Shown here piece after piece: positions 1 through 26,100 of a stretch of 64,000 nucleotides of DNA (position 1 is its first letter; the number at the start of each line of letters is the position of its first letter). Below the pieces are notes generated by a model that saw only the letters and a list, made by a program, of their open reading frames with translations, made no database searches and was not told the DNA's origin. The position numbers and the translations under genes were made by a program. This DNA is from the human T2T-CHM13v2.0 reference genome, Homo sapiens: NCBI RefSeq assembly GCF_009914755.1, contig NC_060943.1. One strand, written 5' to 3'.

Positions 1-1072
1 AGAACAGACTAAGTGCTCACTGTTTTAAGACTGAGTGGAGTGACAGCTTTAGAACGCTTGATCTTTAAATTCCAACAGATCTGGACCAGGTGCAAAGGTT
101 TGGGGTGTAGCACAGCACTTTTAAAGCTGGCTAAGAGTCAGAGATGCATTTATACCTGAACACATTTATAGTCCCTGATTATCCCTGCTCCCTAAGCCTT
201 GAAAACAGTCACTCACTTTAAAAGGTGAGATTCTATTTGGTGAAGTGAGAGATAGAGTTTACCTTCTTTACACTGGTTCCAGGATTTTCTACGGACATGA
301 AATTATTGTTGCAGTTAAGTGCATGGTAATCCCCAGAACGCATGGGAAAGAGATGGAGGTGTATGGCTTTGCACTTATGACAGAAAGTTTCCGGAGACAT
401 ATGCCATTGCCAACCAAAGCACAACACGCAACCACCACAGGTAATTTTAAATCTCCTAAGTTGCAGGTGTCATTAGACAGGAAGTGTGTAAGCAGGTGGC
501 AAGAGCTGACACACTCTTAACCCTCATACAAGCAGCAGAGTGAAGACTGTGAGGCTTGGCGTGTTCATTCAGAGACAGTGTTTCGGATGGGGCTATGACA
601 GAAGAGGAAAATAAGAGATGCCAGGCAACTCTTGAGCGGGAAGGCTGGGGCAATTCTATGTCTCAGGAACCCTCAGAAAATATTATTACTTTAAGGGTTT
701 TTTTTTAATGGTCCATGCTGATGCTAGGACTAAACAATAATTTTGTGTACACACCAAGTTTTTTATGATAAACACTCTAATTCCCTGAGAATATGGCTCT
801 GTATCAAAGAAAATTCCTCTTACCAAATGCCATTTCTTGCTGAAGAAGTAGCCTTCATGGTCACAGTCTGGGCACCTGTGCAAAAGGGGACATCTTATCC
901 CTGATATAAAGGTTTGGGACACCATGAGGTCATCTTCTTGCTGACAGGTAATTATTATATCATCTGTGAGTACACTGACAGTATTTGCATGGGGATTTGA
1001 GATGCTCTCAGAAAAACATTTTTGAAATGTTCAAATGACTGAGAGCTAATAGTAGTGATTAGATCCATTCAA

Positions 1073-1237
1073 CTGAGAAAAAGAGAGCAAGAGACAGAAA
1101 CAGAGATAGAAAGAGATAGAGAGAAAGAGAGACAGAAAAAAGATAAAGACAGTATGACAGAAACAGAGAGAGAGAGAGAAAGAGAAAGGAAGGAAGGAAG
1201 GAAGAAAAAGAAAGAAAGAGAAAGAAAGAAAAAGAAA

Positions 1238-1309
<72 letters not shown>

Positions 1310-1310
1310 A
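1073..1310 (+). repeat. Purine-rich compound microsatellite, (GA)n/(GAAG)n/(AAAG)n
   Basis: Almost pure A/G tract ending in a long perfect (AAAG)n run; it explains the K/E/R- and F/L/S-rich ORFs here. Confidence 0.95.
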
Positions 1311-1829
1311 ACATCTCTGAAATTCTTGGAGAAACCACATGGAAATAAGATATCAGATGAGGACCCTGATGTCTAAGAACTGAGATGAAGGAGGAGGCAA
1401 TGAGTCTGGATGTGTTTCTTCCCAACCTTGGGGTCTTGCCTCCTGAATGTTATTCTTTTTCTATTCTGAGAACTTTGTACAAAAGGCTGCCTGGAAGGGA
1501 GAAGAAAAGAATCAAGTTGGAACAAATTGTCTCTGTGATAGAAATGAACTTGGCAGGAGTGGAGAAACTTTTATTCCCTGTTTCCATAGGCACATGTGAA
1601 GTATCTGATCTGTGTCAAACATGGTGTATGAGATGTCTCAGAATAAAGGACATGAAAACTTCCAAAGAGCCTGCCTGTATTAAGTCAATATTGTAGTCAA
1701 GAAAAGTGGACATTACACACAATAAATAATAGATAGAGTATGCATTGTGTTAAAAGATAATAAGTGCATTGTGAGAAGGAAAAGAAGTAATGTGCTCCAC
1801 AGAATAGTAAAAAATTTTGCAAGCAGGTT

Positions 1830-4567
1830 GTTTGGCTGACTGGAGCTGAAACTCTTCCCCAAGTCTTCAGGCTGTTTGTCCTGCAGATTTTGGACTCACC
1901 AAGTGCCAACAATTACATGAACCCATTCCTAGATAGCAAGATAAGTAGATATAGATATGCACATATGTACATATATCGGTTCTGTTTCTCTGGAGAACAC
2001 TTACAAATACATAATTTGATCATAGGAATGATTCTAGATGAACTGAATCTTAATATGTTTTGTCTACTGTTTCTGAGGTTTATGGAACTGGCTGTCTGAT
2101 TAGATTTAAAGACATTAAGACAGTATGACAGAAACAGAAAGAGAAAGAAAGAGAAAGGAAGAAAGGAAGGAAGGAAGAAGGAAGGAAGGAAGTCTGTGAT
2201 AGTCCGTGGCATGATGTGGCATTAGGGGTACACCACTAGATGCTCCTAATCCTACACTTATAAGGAACGAGAATCTGGGTGGCCTTGCATACACCTTTGA
2301 AGATTGTTGTCAAACTATTAAGTATAGTATGTGTGGCTGTTTTGTCATTGGATAAAGAGGTAAAGAAAAAGATGAGCCCAGAGATTAGAATTTCCAGTTC
2401 AAGCACCACTACATAAATATCTGAGGTTTCTATGTGTGCCCTGAAAGAGACTCTTATCATCTGTAGCTGTAGGGGTGAGATTGCTGAAAATCAAACCGAG
2501 AATCTCATCCTTGAAGTGGCTGTATTACAATTCAAGCGGAGTCCCCAGCCTCACAGGGTATCTACTGTTCAAGTAATGCCATTGGTCAGGAATGGGTGAG
2601 ATCTTGAAAGATGGAATGAGGATGTATATTAAGACCCTGATACAGCTGAGGATATCAAGCCCCTAACTTTGAATGAGTCTTCTTTGCCAATAGAAGCATC
2701 CTCTCTATCTGCAAGGGAGGAGATTAACCCTGTACTGTCTGAGGAAACAATACTGGCCTCCCCTGAGGCAGTTGCCATGCAAGGCTATGCTGATTCTCCT
2801 TAGGATACATCCTGACCAACCCTCTTTGCTTCTAGACCTATAACTAGATTCAAGTCTCGCAGGCCCTGAAAAGTGTGTTACAAAGTGTGGCTCATGAGAA
2901 GTTGTGCTACACTCCAAAGTAATTTATTTATTTTTCTAATTTATCCATACAGAAGTCTGAGGAACACGTGTCAGAGTGGATATTAAGGGTTTAGGATAAT
3001 GGTGAAAAGAACATAAAGTTGAGTCGGACCGAATTTATATATATAAGCTCACTAAACAGAGATTGCACATTTAATGTTGCATCTTGGAGAACCGGAAATG
3101 ATTCTACCAGTTTGTCTGGTTGATTGGCTGAAACATGGAGCAAAAGCTGGCCTGCAGTAAATAAACTCAAAATGCCAGACATGCCTTGGTTTGCTGCAGA
3201 GGAATTAACTTAAAGGCTTAGGAAGACTGTAATGTTACCATGCATGTATCAAACCTAGTAACCCACATTGGAAGCATCAGAAGATGTATCTTTCAACAAT
3301 ATTGCAAAGGGAGCTCTGGCATCCTTGAGGAGCTCTGTGATTTCTCTTCTCTGGAAGCTGGAACCTACAGTGGAACTGCTGAATTTTAAAAAATCTAAAT
3401 GTAATGGGAGTAATTTGGCCCCTACCTCTTGGCCCCCAGAGAGACAGGGGCCAAGTAGAGGAACTCAGCCACCAAAGGCAAGGTGGGTTTGGTTACCATG
3501 ATGGACAGCAAAGTCAAACCAGCGATCGGAATAGTCCCGCAGACTTATGGTGTTGGCTAGTTGATCACGGCATTCTAACAAGGGAGATAGATAGGAAACC
3601 TACTAAATTCTCACTTGATCTGTATAAGCAGAAAATTTCTATGTCAAGTGAACAAAAGTCAACCCAAATCATAAAAGCAGAGAGCCACAGTCTCTCAATC
3701 AATGGCTAGCACTGAGTCAGTTCATAGAGCCAGAATCCCCTGAATTAAAGGGATCCCAGGCAGGGTTCCCGTGAGGGCACTGTCCCTGGTACACTACCAA
3801 GAATATATACTCTTAATCTTTCTCCTGGACTTTGGTTAAAGGGACCTGCAGCCTTTTACAATGGCAATGGAGCCTTGGGGAAAATAATCAGATAATTTGG
3901 GCATTACTGGAAATGGGGTATGAACTGACATTAATTCCAGGAGACCCGAAACGTCACTGTGGCCCTCCAGTCAGAGTAGTGGCTGCTAGAGGCAAGGTGA
4001 TTGGTGGAGTTTGAGCTCACGTGTTCCATAGTGAATCCAGTGTATCCCTAAACCCACCCTGTGGCTGTATCCCCAGTTCCAGAGGGCAACATTGGAATAG
4101 ACATATTCAACAACTATCACAACCCCCACAGTGGTTCCCTCACTTGTTGAGTGAGGGTTATTAGAGTGGGCCCAGTGGGAGCCACTAGAACTGCCTCTTC
4201 CCAGCTAAACTGTAAACCAAAAGCAGTCTTGCATTCCTGGAGGAATTCCATATATTGGGACTTGAAGCGTGCAGAGACAGTGATTCCCACAACCTTGCCA
4301 TTCACCTCTCCTATTTTACCTCCACAGAAGACGCAGGGATCTTGGATAATGATATTAGATTATTGTAAGCTTAATCAGATCCAATTGAAGATGTTGTAAC
4401 AGATGTGGTTTTGTAGTTTGAGCAAATTAATACATCCCCTGATACCCAGTATTCAGCCATTGATGTGTTAAATATTTTTTTCTCCATCACTGTTAATAAG
4501 AACCATCAGGAACAGTTTCCTTTCATTTGGCAAGGGCATCAGTACACCTTCACAGTCCTACCTCAGG
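1830..4567 (+). mobile_element. Degenerate ERV-L provirus fragment: MLT2-type LTR 3' part (to ~2010), gag, protease, start of RT
   Basis: The LTR end reads 'ggttctgtttctctggagaacacttacaaataca'. Protease-like ALLEMGYELTLIPGDPKRHCGPPVRV lies in ORF 3832-4014, and RT-like VIPTTLPFTSPILPPQKTQGSWIMILDYCKLNQ and QYTFTVLPQG follow. There are many stops, and the element ends abruptly at LPQG. Confidence 0.85.
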
Positions 4568-5191
4568 GTCTGGGAAAGCACCTGGGGGTTGTGATCGGGG
4601 TCTCAGTGGCCTTCAGCTGGTGCTCTTCCTCCTCTTCTTTCTCCTCTGACACTGGCCTCAGGGCCAACACAGGACATTGGGTGAGTAGGAAGTTGGCGGG
4701 GAGACCCATGGGCTGACTGAAGGTGGGGTCAGGGCACCACCAACCAGACAGATTCCAGATGGGAAAGTTCAGCTCAGAAAAACGGCTCCAGCATTTCCCA
4801 GTGAGAAAACCTAGAAAGAAGAGAATAAATGTGAACATACATGAACATACCTTATTCTTTTGGTTGTTTCATCTAACGACGTTTTTAAAACATCTATGCA
4901 AGTGTGTTTTCAGCTTTCCTTCTTTTCTCTTGAGTTCTCTGTGCAGGGCAGGTGGCTCTCATGATCCCAAGGCTGAAGCTCTGTCCCTCTTCACCCAGCC
5001 CAGAGGGAGGCTGATTTCCAAAGTCCTGTGGGGACTGTGGAGTCAGAGAACGACAGAGGCCTGTGGAGGAGGTAATTCTGCCCGAAGACCCCAGACGCCC
5101 ACCTACCCCCACAACCTCCTCACTGGCCCTCACACTCCCATGTCCTTCCCCGGGTCCAGCCCAGCTGCTGATGTCCAGGAAGAAAACTTCT
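4568..5191 (+). pseudogene. LILRB-type (inhibitory receptor) 3' gene remnant: TM exon 4568-4680, cytoplasmic exons 4999-5071 and 5154-5191
   Basis: The TM exon reads GLGKHLGVVIGVSVAF/LVLFLLFFLL*HWPQGQHRTL, with a 1-nt frameshift, TGA at 4647-4649 and donor GTGAGT at 4681. The second exon is QREADFQSPVGTVESENDRGLWR (AG...GT intact). The third is SSPAADVQEENF (38 nt, acceptor AG>GG). These match the LILRB1/B5 GLGRHLGVV..., [25 protein letters not shown] and SSPAADAQEENL exons. Confidence 0.9.
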
Positions 5192-6350
5192 GTGACAGGA
5201 AGAGGGGGGCACCTGAGGGTGGAGACAGAAGCCCCAAAGTTTCGGTAGCAATGATAGCAGGGGAAAAGGCTGAGAAGGGCTTGGGACTCTTTTATATAAT
5301 ATATAAATTAATATAAAAATTAATTCACCTTCACAATGTCTGTCTAATGCATTTCAACAACTGTCTGTGTTTTCCTCATGTATCTTGGTTGTCATTCCTG
5401 TGGGGCGGCTCCTCCCACGCACCTGACCTTTCATAAAGGGTTTCTCCCACGGCTGTCCAGGCATCAGCCTGATGAAGGGGATTGTTGCCGCTGCTCCTCC
5501 CCACTCCCCCAAACTCAGTGTCAGCTCAAGATTGTGCCCAGCAGGGATGGGACCAACGCCAGTCTCACACTCACCTGTGGGGCAGAGCAGACGCCCATGT
5601 CAGACCACCGTGGATTGAATCTGTTTCTCACACACAGGGGAGGGGCTGAGCACTGACCATGGCCTCCAGTGAGTGAGCAGAGACCCCCCAGCGCCTGTCC
5701 ACACACACAGGGGAGGGGGAGCCACAGCTTCCAGCGTCACCCAGAGCCCTGACCCCTCCCTGCCTGGGAGGACGTGGGGTTCCTCTTCTGTCCCACACGG
5801 AGGTGGGAGCCTCCTCCTCCCTAATGACCCTGGGTGGTCCCAGACACCTGTGGCCACTCAGCATTGAACTCTGCTCATGGAAGGGGATGCGTCTCAATGT
5901 GAGGAACTGTTCTTCCTCTTTCTGTGCCCGTGGCTGTGATGATCTGCATATTTCAGATGTATCACAAGGAGAATTTCATGGTATTTGGAGCCGATGTGGG
6001 CTCTTGAGTGGGGGCGTCAATCATCCTCCTGGACTGTGGAGCCCAGCACCAGGATCCTCTCCCGTCCCCACCCTCCTGTCTGAACTGGTCTGGAAATTCA
6101 CCATGGCTGAGCCTCCCATGTCCTGGGCACCACTGACCCCCACAGCCACTGTGATGAGTGGGGTTCACGACAGCAGGCTCAGAGGTGACATTCATGTCCA
6201 AAGTCACATAAACCCTGGATGATAATCAGGAATTAAATACAAATCAGCTCACCTTCCCCAGAATCAGATTACAGACCTAACAAATTCTTCTGAAAACTCT
6301 GAACATGGACGGAGGTGCCGAGGGAAGGCCAAGGACGCAAGGGACACTGA

Positions 6351-6425
6351 GGGGGCGGGACCGACTCAGAGCCTCATTCCCGGGGTGGGGGTGGGTGATG
6401 TTGCAACAAAGAGAAAAGGGGAAGT
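6351..6425 (+). promoter_or_regulatory. LILRA2 promoter elements: GC box and PU.1/Ets motif
   Basis: GGGGGCGGGA at 6351-6360 and AAAAGGGGAAGT at 6414-6425. The same 12-mer is found upstream of LILRA1 and LILRB1. Confidence 0.65.
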
Positions 6426-6514
6426 ACAGGAGAGGGACGGTTTGGTAGGAAGGAAACACACACTCTCAAGACAGAACAAATATGTTTTATTATAGTTAAT
6501 CCCTGCATTTCCCC

Positions 6515-6798
6515 TTTTGAGACAGGGTCTCACTCTGTCACTGAGGCTGGAATGCTAAGGGGTGATCATAGCTCCCTGCAGCCTCCGCCTCCCAGGCCGA
6601 AGTATTCCTCCCACCTCAGCCTCCTGAGTAGCTGGGACTAGAGATGTGAGCTGCCATGCCTGGCTAATTTTTTGCTTTTTTTATACAGACAAGGTCTTGC
6701 TATGTGGCCCAGGGTAATCTGAAGCTCCTGGCCTCTAGCCTTCACCCACCTCAGCCTCCTGAAGTGCTGGGATTCCAGGCATGAGCCACCATGGTAGA
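6515..6798 (-). mobile_element. Old Alu (AluJ-like) inserted in the LILRA2 proximal promoter
   Basis: Diverged antisense Alu dimer flanked by the direct repeat ccctgcatt (6501-6509, 6799-6807). Confidence 0.9.
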
Positions 6799-6809
6799 CC
6801 CTGCATTAC

Positions 6810-6952
6810 TCCTCTGTGCTCACTGCCACACGCAGCTCAACCTGAGCTACACAGCCAGGTGTCAGGTGCGTCTCTGCTGATCTGAGTCTAACTGCAGCAT
6901 GGACCTGGGTTTTCCCTGAAGCATCTCCAGGGCTGGAGGGACGACCGCCATG
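6810..6952 (+). other. LILRA2: LILRA2 5' UTR exon (start approximate)
   Basis: Homologous to LILRA1 27155-27296. It ends ...gccATG|GTAAG, and the next acceptor is at 7346-7347. Confidence 0.8.
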
Positions 6953-7395
6953 GTAAGGACCCCGCAACGCTGAGCTGATGGACGGGCTGAAGGAGGGAGG
7001 GAGACCCCATGGGGAAGCTCTGAGAAGGAAGAGGAAGCCTCTGCTCACCCTCATCTGGAAGGGCAGACGCAGGAGGGCACCAGTTCTATTTGCTGCTACA
7101 TCCCAGGTCTCAAGGAGATGAGGATAAACCAGACAGACAGTGGCTGGGGGGCAGGAAAGACCCCATTTCTGTCTGAAATGTCTGCAGAGGGCCTGGTGCC
7201 TGCCCCCACCTCAGCCCTAAAGGTATGACAGCCAGGCTCCTGAGAGGGCAGTTGCACTTCCTGTGTGGTTGCACATAACAAAACCCCATGACAAGAAGGA
7301 TCCAGCCTCCGAGTGTCCACACCCTGTGCGTCTCTCTGTCCTGCCAGCACTGAGGGCTCATCCATCCGCAGAGCAGGGCAGTGGGAGGAGACGCC

Positions 7396-20863
<13,468 letters not shown>

Positions 20864-21045
20864 ACAGCAGAGAGGACAATGCATCCTTCAGCGTGGTGGA
20901 GCCTCAGGGACAGATCTGATGATCCCAGGAGGCTCTGGAGGACAATCTAGGACCTACATTATCTGGACTGTATGCTGGTCATTTCTAGAGACAGCAATCA
21001 ATATTTGAGTGTAAGGAAACTGTCTGGGGTGATTCCTAGAAGATC

Positions 21046-21051
21046 ATTAAA
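21046..21051 (+). terminator. Probable LILRA2 proximal polyadenylation signal ATTAAA
   Basis: It lies ~180 nt after the stop codon and is followed by a T/GT-rich tract. Confidence 0.6.
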
Positions 21052-21839
21052 CTGTGGTACATTTTTTTGTCTATGAATGTTGACTTCCCTTGACTGGATC
21101 CCCTTTTTTTCCCATCCCCAGACATGAGGCTCCATCCCACATGGCACCGTTGGGTCCACACCTCCACACACCTGTGTGCTCTGGTCCACGGCATGTGACA
21201 CAGTCTTCCTTATTCCTCATTGTCACACTCCTTGATGTCACTTACTGAGTCCCCGTCTCTTCAGTTCAGAGATCCAAACCTGAACCACCAACTAAATCAA
21301 CGACAGGAGATCAGATTCCAACCAGGAAAACATAAATCCACCCTGCTGCCCTGACACCCTCTCTGTACCTTATGAGCCCTTCCCTCTTTCTCAGATGCTA
21401 TCTGTGTAATTTCTCCTGAAATATCACCACTTGGAATCATCACACTGGCATTTCAAGTGACACCACAGCTATGCTGATTCAGAAAAAGACATCTCTAAAA
21501 TACTGTAATTAGTGGTATCTACCAATTTCTGTGACATAAATATTTTTCTCATGGCCCAAATCAAGGTGCCAATGGGTTCTCACTGAATACAGGGTTGGGA
21601 AGCAAGGGACAGAACTGTCTTCACTAATGAGCACCAGGGACCTGTGGCACATCCCACTGAGAGCTCACCCATATACCTACAGTCCTTTCTATTTCAGAGG
21701 CAATGATCACTTCTACTTCAGTGTTATGGCACAGGTCAAATGAAATTCTGACACTGTTATCCTAGCATATCCACAAAAGACAAACCTATTAATATCTGAT
21801 GTGGGAGATAACACGGCTCACCTAAAAATCAAAGTACAT

Positions 21840-22137
21840 GCCGGGCGCGGTGGCTCACGCCTGTAATCCCAGCACTTTGGGAGGCCAAGGCAGGCAGATC
21901 ACGAGGTCAGGAGATCTAGACCATCCTGGCTAACATGGTGAAACCCCGTCTCTACTAAATACACAAAAAAATATTGGCCGGGCGTGGTGGTGGGCGCCTG
22001 TAGTCCCAGCTACTCAGGAGGCTGAGGCAGGAGAATGGCGTGAACCTGGGAGGCGGAGCTTGCAATGGGCCGAGATTGCGACACTGCCCTCCAGCCTGGG
22101 CGACAGAGCAAGACTCCGTCTCAAAAAAAAAAAAAAA
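21840..22137 (+). mobile_element. AluY-like
   Basis: Full dimer with A tail; approximate TSD aaaaatc(a/c)aagtaca. Confidence 0.92.
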
Positions 22138-22165
22138 TCCAAGTACAACATAAGAAAAATGTTAA

Positions 22166-22654
<489 letters not shown>

Positions 22655-22825
22655 TGATATCACTCAGATCAGATTAGGACTCATCCTAATTCGTTATGAT
22701 CCCTTGATCATAACTTAAATGCATTTGCAAAGACTATTTCCAACTATGTTCACATTTATAGCTAATGGGGCTCAGGATTTCAACGTGTATATTAGGGGGA
22801 ACAAGTCAATTTATGACAGTGTCTA

Positions 22826-23035
<210 letters not shown>

Positions 23036-23159
23036 TTAACCAAAGAGATGCAATACGTATACATTGACAATTTTAAAATACTGCTCAAAGAAATAACAAA
23101 AGACCTAAATGAGGAAAAAGTCATCCCAGTATCATAAATCAAAAGGCTTAAAATTAGTT

Positions 23160-26100
23160 ATCTCCCTCTAGGGAACCTAGACTAATACACTCACCCCGTC
23201 TCCTTGTTCGGAGGCTCTCCTGCCTATCAGCTTTTCTCCTCTGTGCTTTCCATGTCCCTGTGGTTCTCTGGTGAGCCCCATCATGCTGTCCTAGAAGATC
23301 CACTTAGAATTTCGGTATTTACTCACCATTTTGACTCCTCTTAACGAGACAGGCACATGCCAGCTGTTTCCATTCATCCAACCTGAACCTGAGCCCCCGA
23401 TCATTTTTTCTACCACTTTTCAGTCCTGGGAAACTCAGTCCCAATGTGCTTGTCATTCATTTGAGAATAATTTTCATTTTCTCCAGTAGTTTTAAAATTA
23501 CTTTGTATCTATTCTAGATATCGTTTGCTCTATCATAGTTAAGACATTAATGTTATTTATGAATTTGTGCACATTAAACTCATGATCTTTCATTTCTGTA
23601 AAAATGTCAACTATTTCCTTTGCAAGTATTTATTGACTAACATACTCCTTATTTCCTTCATTCTGAAAGTGTGACACATAGAGATATATCTGTTTCCTCT
23701 TCTCACTCTATTCTTTGTGTGCATTAATTATCTTTTCTATTTTTTTCATTTCTAGTTTTTCTCCGATGACTAATGAAAAATTTAATAAATATTCTACACC
23801 AATACAATGTTTATCATTTCAGCAGTGTCTGGTTCTTGATGAAAGTATTTCTAAATGTGTTAATATAATTTACTATTTTCACATCACAATAGCTTCCTAA
23901 TTCATTTCTATAATTGCCTGTTTTTTCTCTAATGGACTCTTCGATTTTTATTCCTCTGGGGTGGGTTTTTCTCCCACACACCTGATCTTCCATACAGGGT
24001 TTCTCCCAGGGATGACTCAGGAAGGAAAACTGATGAGGGGCATTTTTGTACCCGCTCCTGCCCTGCGGTGTCCATGCTCCCAAGTTTAGAATCAGCTCTG
24101 TGTTATGCCTGGCATGGTGGAGCCCATGAGACCCTCACATTCAAGTGCCAAAGATGCCCGGTCCAGCAGTGATAAAGCGAGACTGTGTCATGCACACCCG
24201 GGAAGGTGGCTCAGTGCTGAATGTGGCCTGGGTCACCAAACCAAGCAATCCCAGATTCTGTCCACAAATACAGAAGAGAGGGAGCCACAGTCTCTCTAGG
24301 ATCCCACGGTTTCCTCCACTTTTTCCTTTGTTCTGAGAGAAAGACAAAGTGCCATGACTGCTCTGTGGGCTGGACAGATGCCTGTTTTCACCTGCAGGCT
24401 TGAACTCAAGCTGAGGTCTTGAGCATTCCCAGGTACTGATAAAGCACCTTAGATTGTTTCTAGAAAACACTGAAAAATTAACCCTTTGTTAATTATGTAG
24501 AAACAAACCCTGCCCTGAACCAAACTCCTGAAACGCTCAGGTTAAACTTTGTAACTCAATCCCTTCACTGCAGATACCCAGTAGGAAAGTCACATGAGCA
24601 AGGATGAGATGACTTTGGTTAAACTCAGACCCCACAGGGCCAGGAAGGCCTGACGGAGAGGAGGCTCGTGTTGCCAGGTCTCAGATAAGAACTGTTTCTA
24701 AGGACTTTTTTAAAAACCCCATAAGAAACTCTTCCATGTCTTTCACCCCTCTCCTGCTTTGACATGGTTTATTACTAGATATTCTTTAGGACATCAGGAA
24801 TGCAGATAGGCTGCTCTCGAGAGAATACTTGCCCAGCAATGGCATCTCCTCCAATGGACTGACAGCAACTCTGGCTTTGAACCTCTGGAACCAGGGAACT
24901 CTGCTTCTAAGCAGCTCTGTCAGCCTCTCCCTTGTTGCTGATAAGAATTTCCTTTACCTCTCTATGTACAGAGAGCTCTCTCTATGATGTTTTTCCTCTA
25001 CTCTCACACCACAACAGTCATCAACACAGGAGACTTGTAGGATCAGATGTGTGGGATTGTTTCCCAGACCCAATAGCGAACAGCAGCTGGGTGTCCTCTA
25101 AGTCGGCTCCGAGCTGTCTACCCAGACACAGTCCCAGATCCCACAGATTGAAGGCCCATTCTCCAAGATTGCCCCCACACACCATTCCCAAGTCCAGACC
25201 TCCAGAACTTCTGACTGACTGGCTTCAAGTTGGGGATCCCATGACCACCTCTTTGGGTTTGATTAATTTGCTGTAGCAGCTCACAGAACTCAGGGAGACA
25301 CTGACGTTTACTGGTTGAATACAAAGCACACTGCAGAGGACACAGATGAAGAGACTCATAGGAGGAGGCATGGGGGAAGGGACCGGAGCATCTATGCCCT
25401 CCCTGGGCGCCACGCTCCAGGAACCTCCGCATGCTCAGCCATCCAGAAGCCCATGAAACCCAGTCCTCTTGGGCTTTTAAGGAGCTTCGTGACATCAGCA
25501 TTTCCTCCCACAAGGAACAGGGTGAGACCATCTTCTGGGAGGGTCTTAAGAGCCACCATCAGAAAGGCAGGGAACATTCGAGTCTTGCCTTGGGCAGGTG
25601 AAGGAAGGGCAGGAGGAGGTCAGAGGCCTCCCCTAAGGCCTAACACAGCCAATACTCTAACAAAAGACTGTAACCAGTGGTATGGAGTTATAAGCCAGGA
25701 ACCGCGGGTGAAAACCAGTGTGTATCACAACATCACACTTCCCTCTCCGGATGCACTGTGTCTTGCCATGCCATGCACTCCAGATTGTAATCTTTGCTTC
25801 TCATTCTCAAATACAAGCAAAATCCAGGCAACCCTGGAGCAATGCAGCCTTGAATTCCTGGGGTCTCTTGTATGCACACTCTCTTCAACCAAACGGGGAT
25901 CATAACTATGGCATTTGTGGGATGCAAATCCTGTGTATACGAATGGCAGACTTTCCCTATACATGGTGCAGTGGAGCCAGCTTCAGGGCTGGAGTACAGG
26001 CAGGTTTTGTGACATGTGGGCCACGGACTGGAGCCAGTTCCCTTGTACACCAAAGAACAACTGTACTTAGAGATAATTTTCTCTAGATTTTTGTTTTGTT

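Noticed and set aside
1-1050. Short Cys-containing ORFs and a weak signal-exon-like stretch on the minus strand (~520-570)
   Set aside because: No recognisable domain or consistent exon structure; a TBLASTX/Dfam search would be needed.
1055-1425. K/E/R-rich and F/L/S-rich ORFs
   Set aside because: These are translations of the purine microsatellite.
4465-4716. Functional RT-LILRB fusion protein
   Set aside because: The start is non-ATG, the RT is degenerate, and there is a frameshift within the TM; only the junction itself is informative.
4723-5316. 197-aa ORF as a novel gene
   Set aside because: It is mostly relic intron read-through; only the SPAADVQEEN part is exon-derived.
25315-25905. 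196-aa ORF 'conserved' with the 198-aa ORF at 62073-62669
   Set aside because: It lies mostly in an LTR within a segmental duplication, has a non-ATG start, and the frames differ internally; the similarity reflects duplication.
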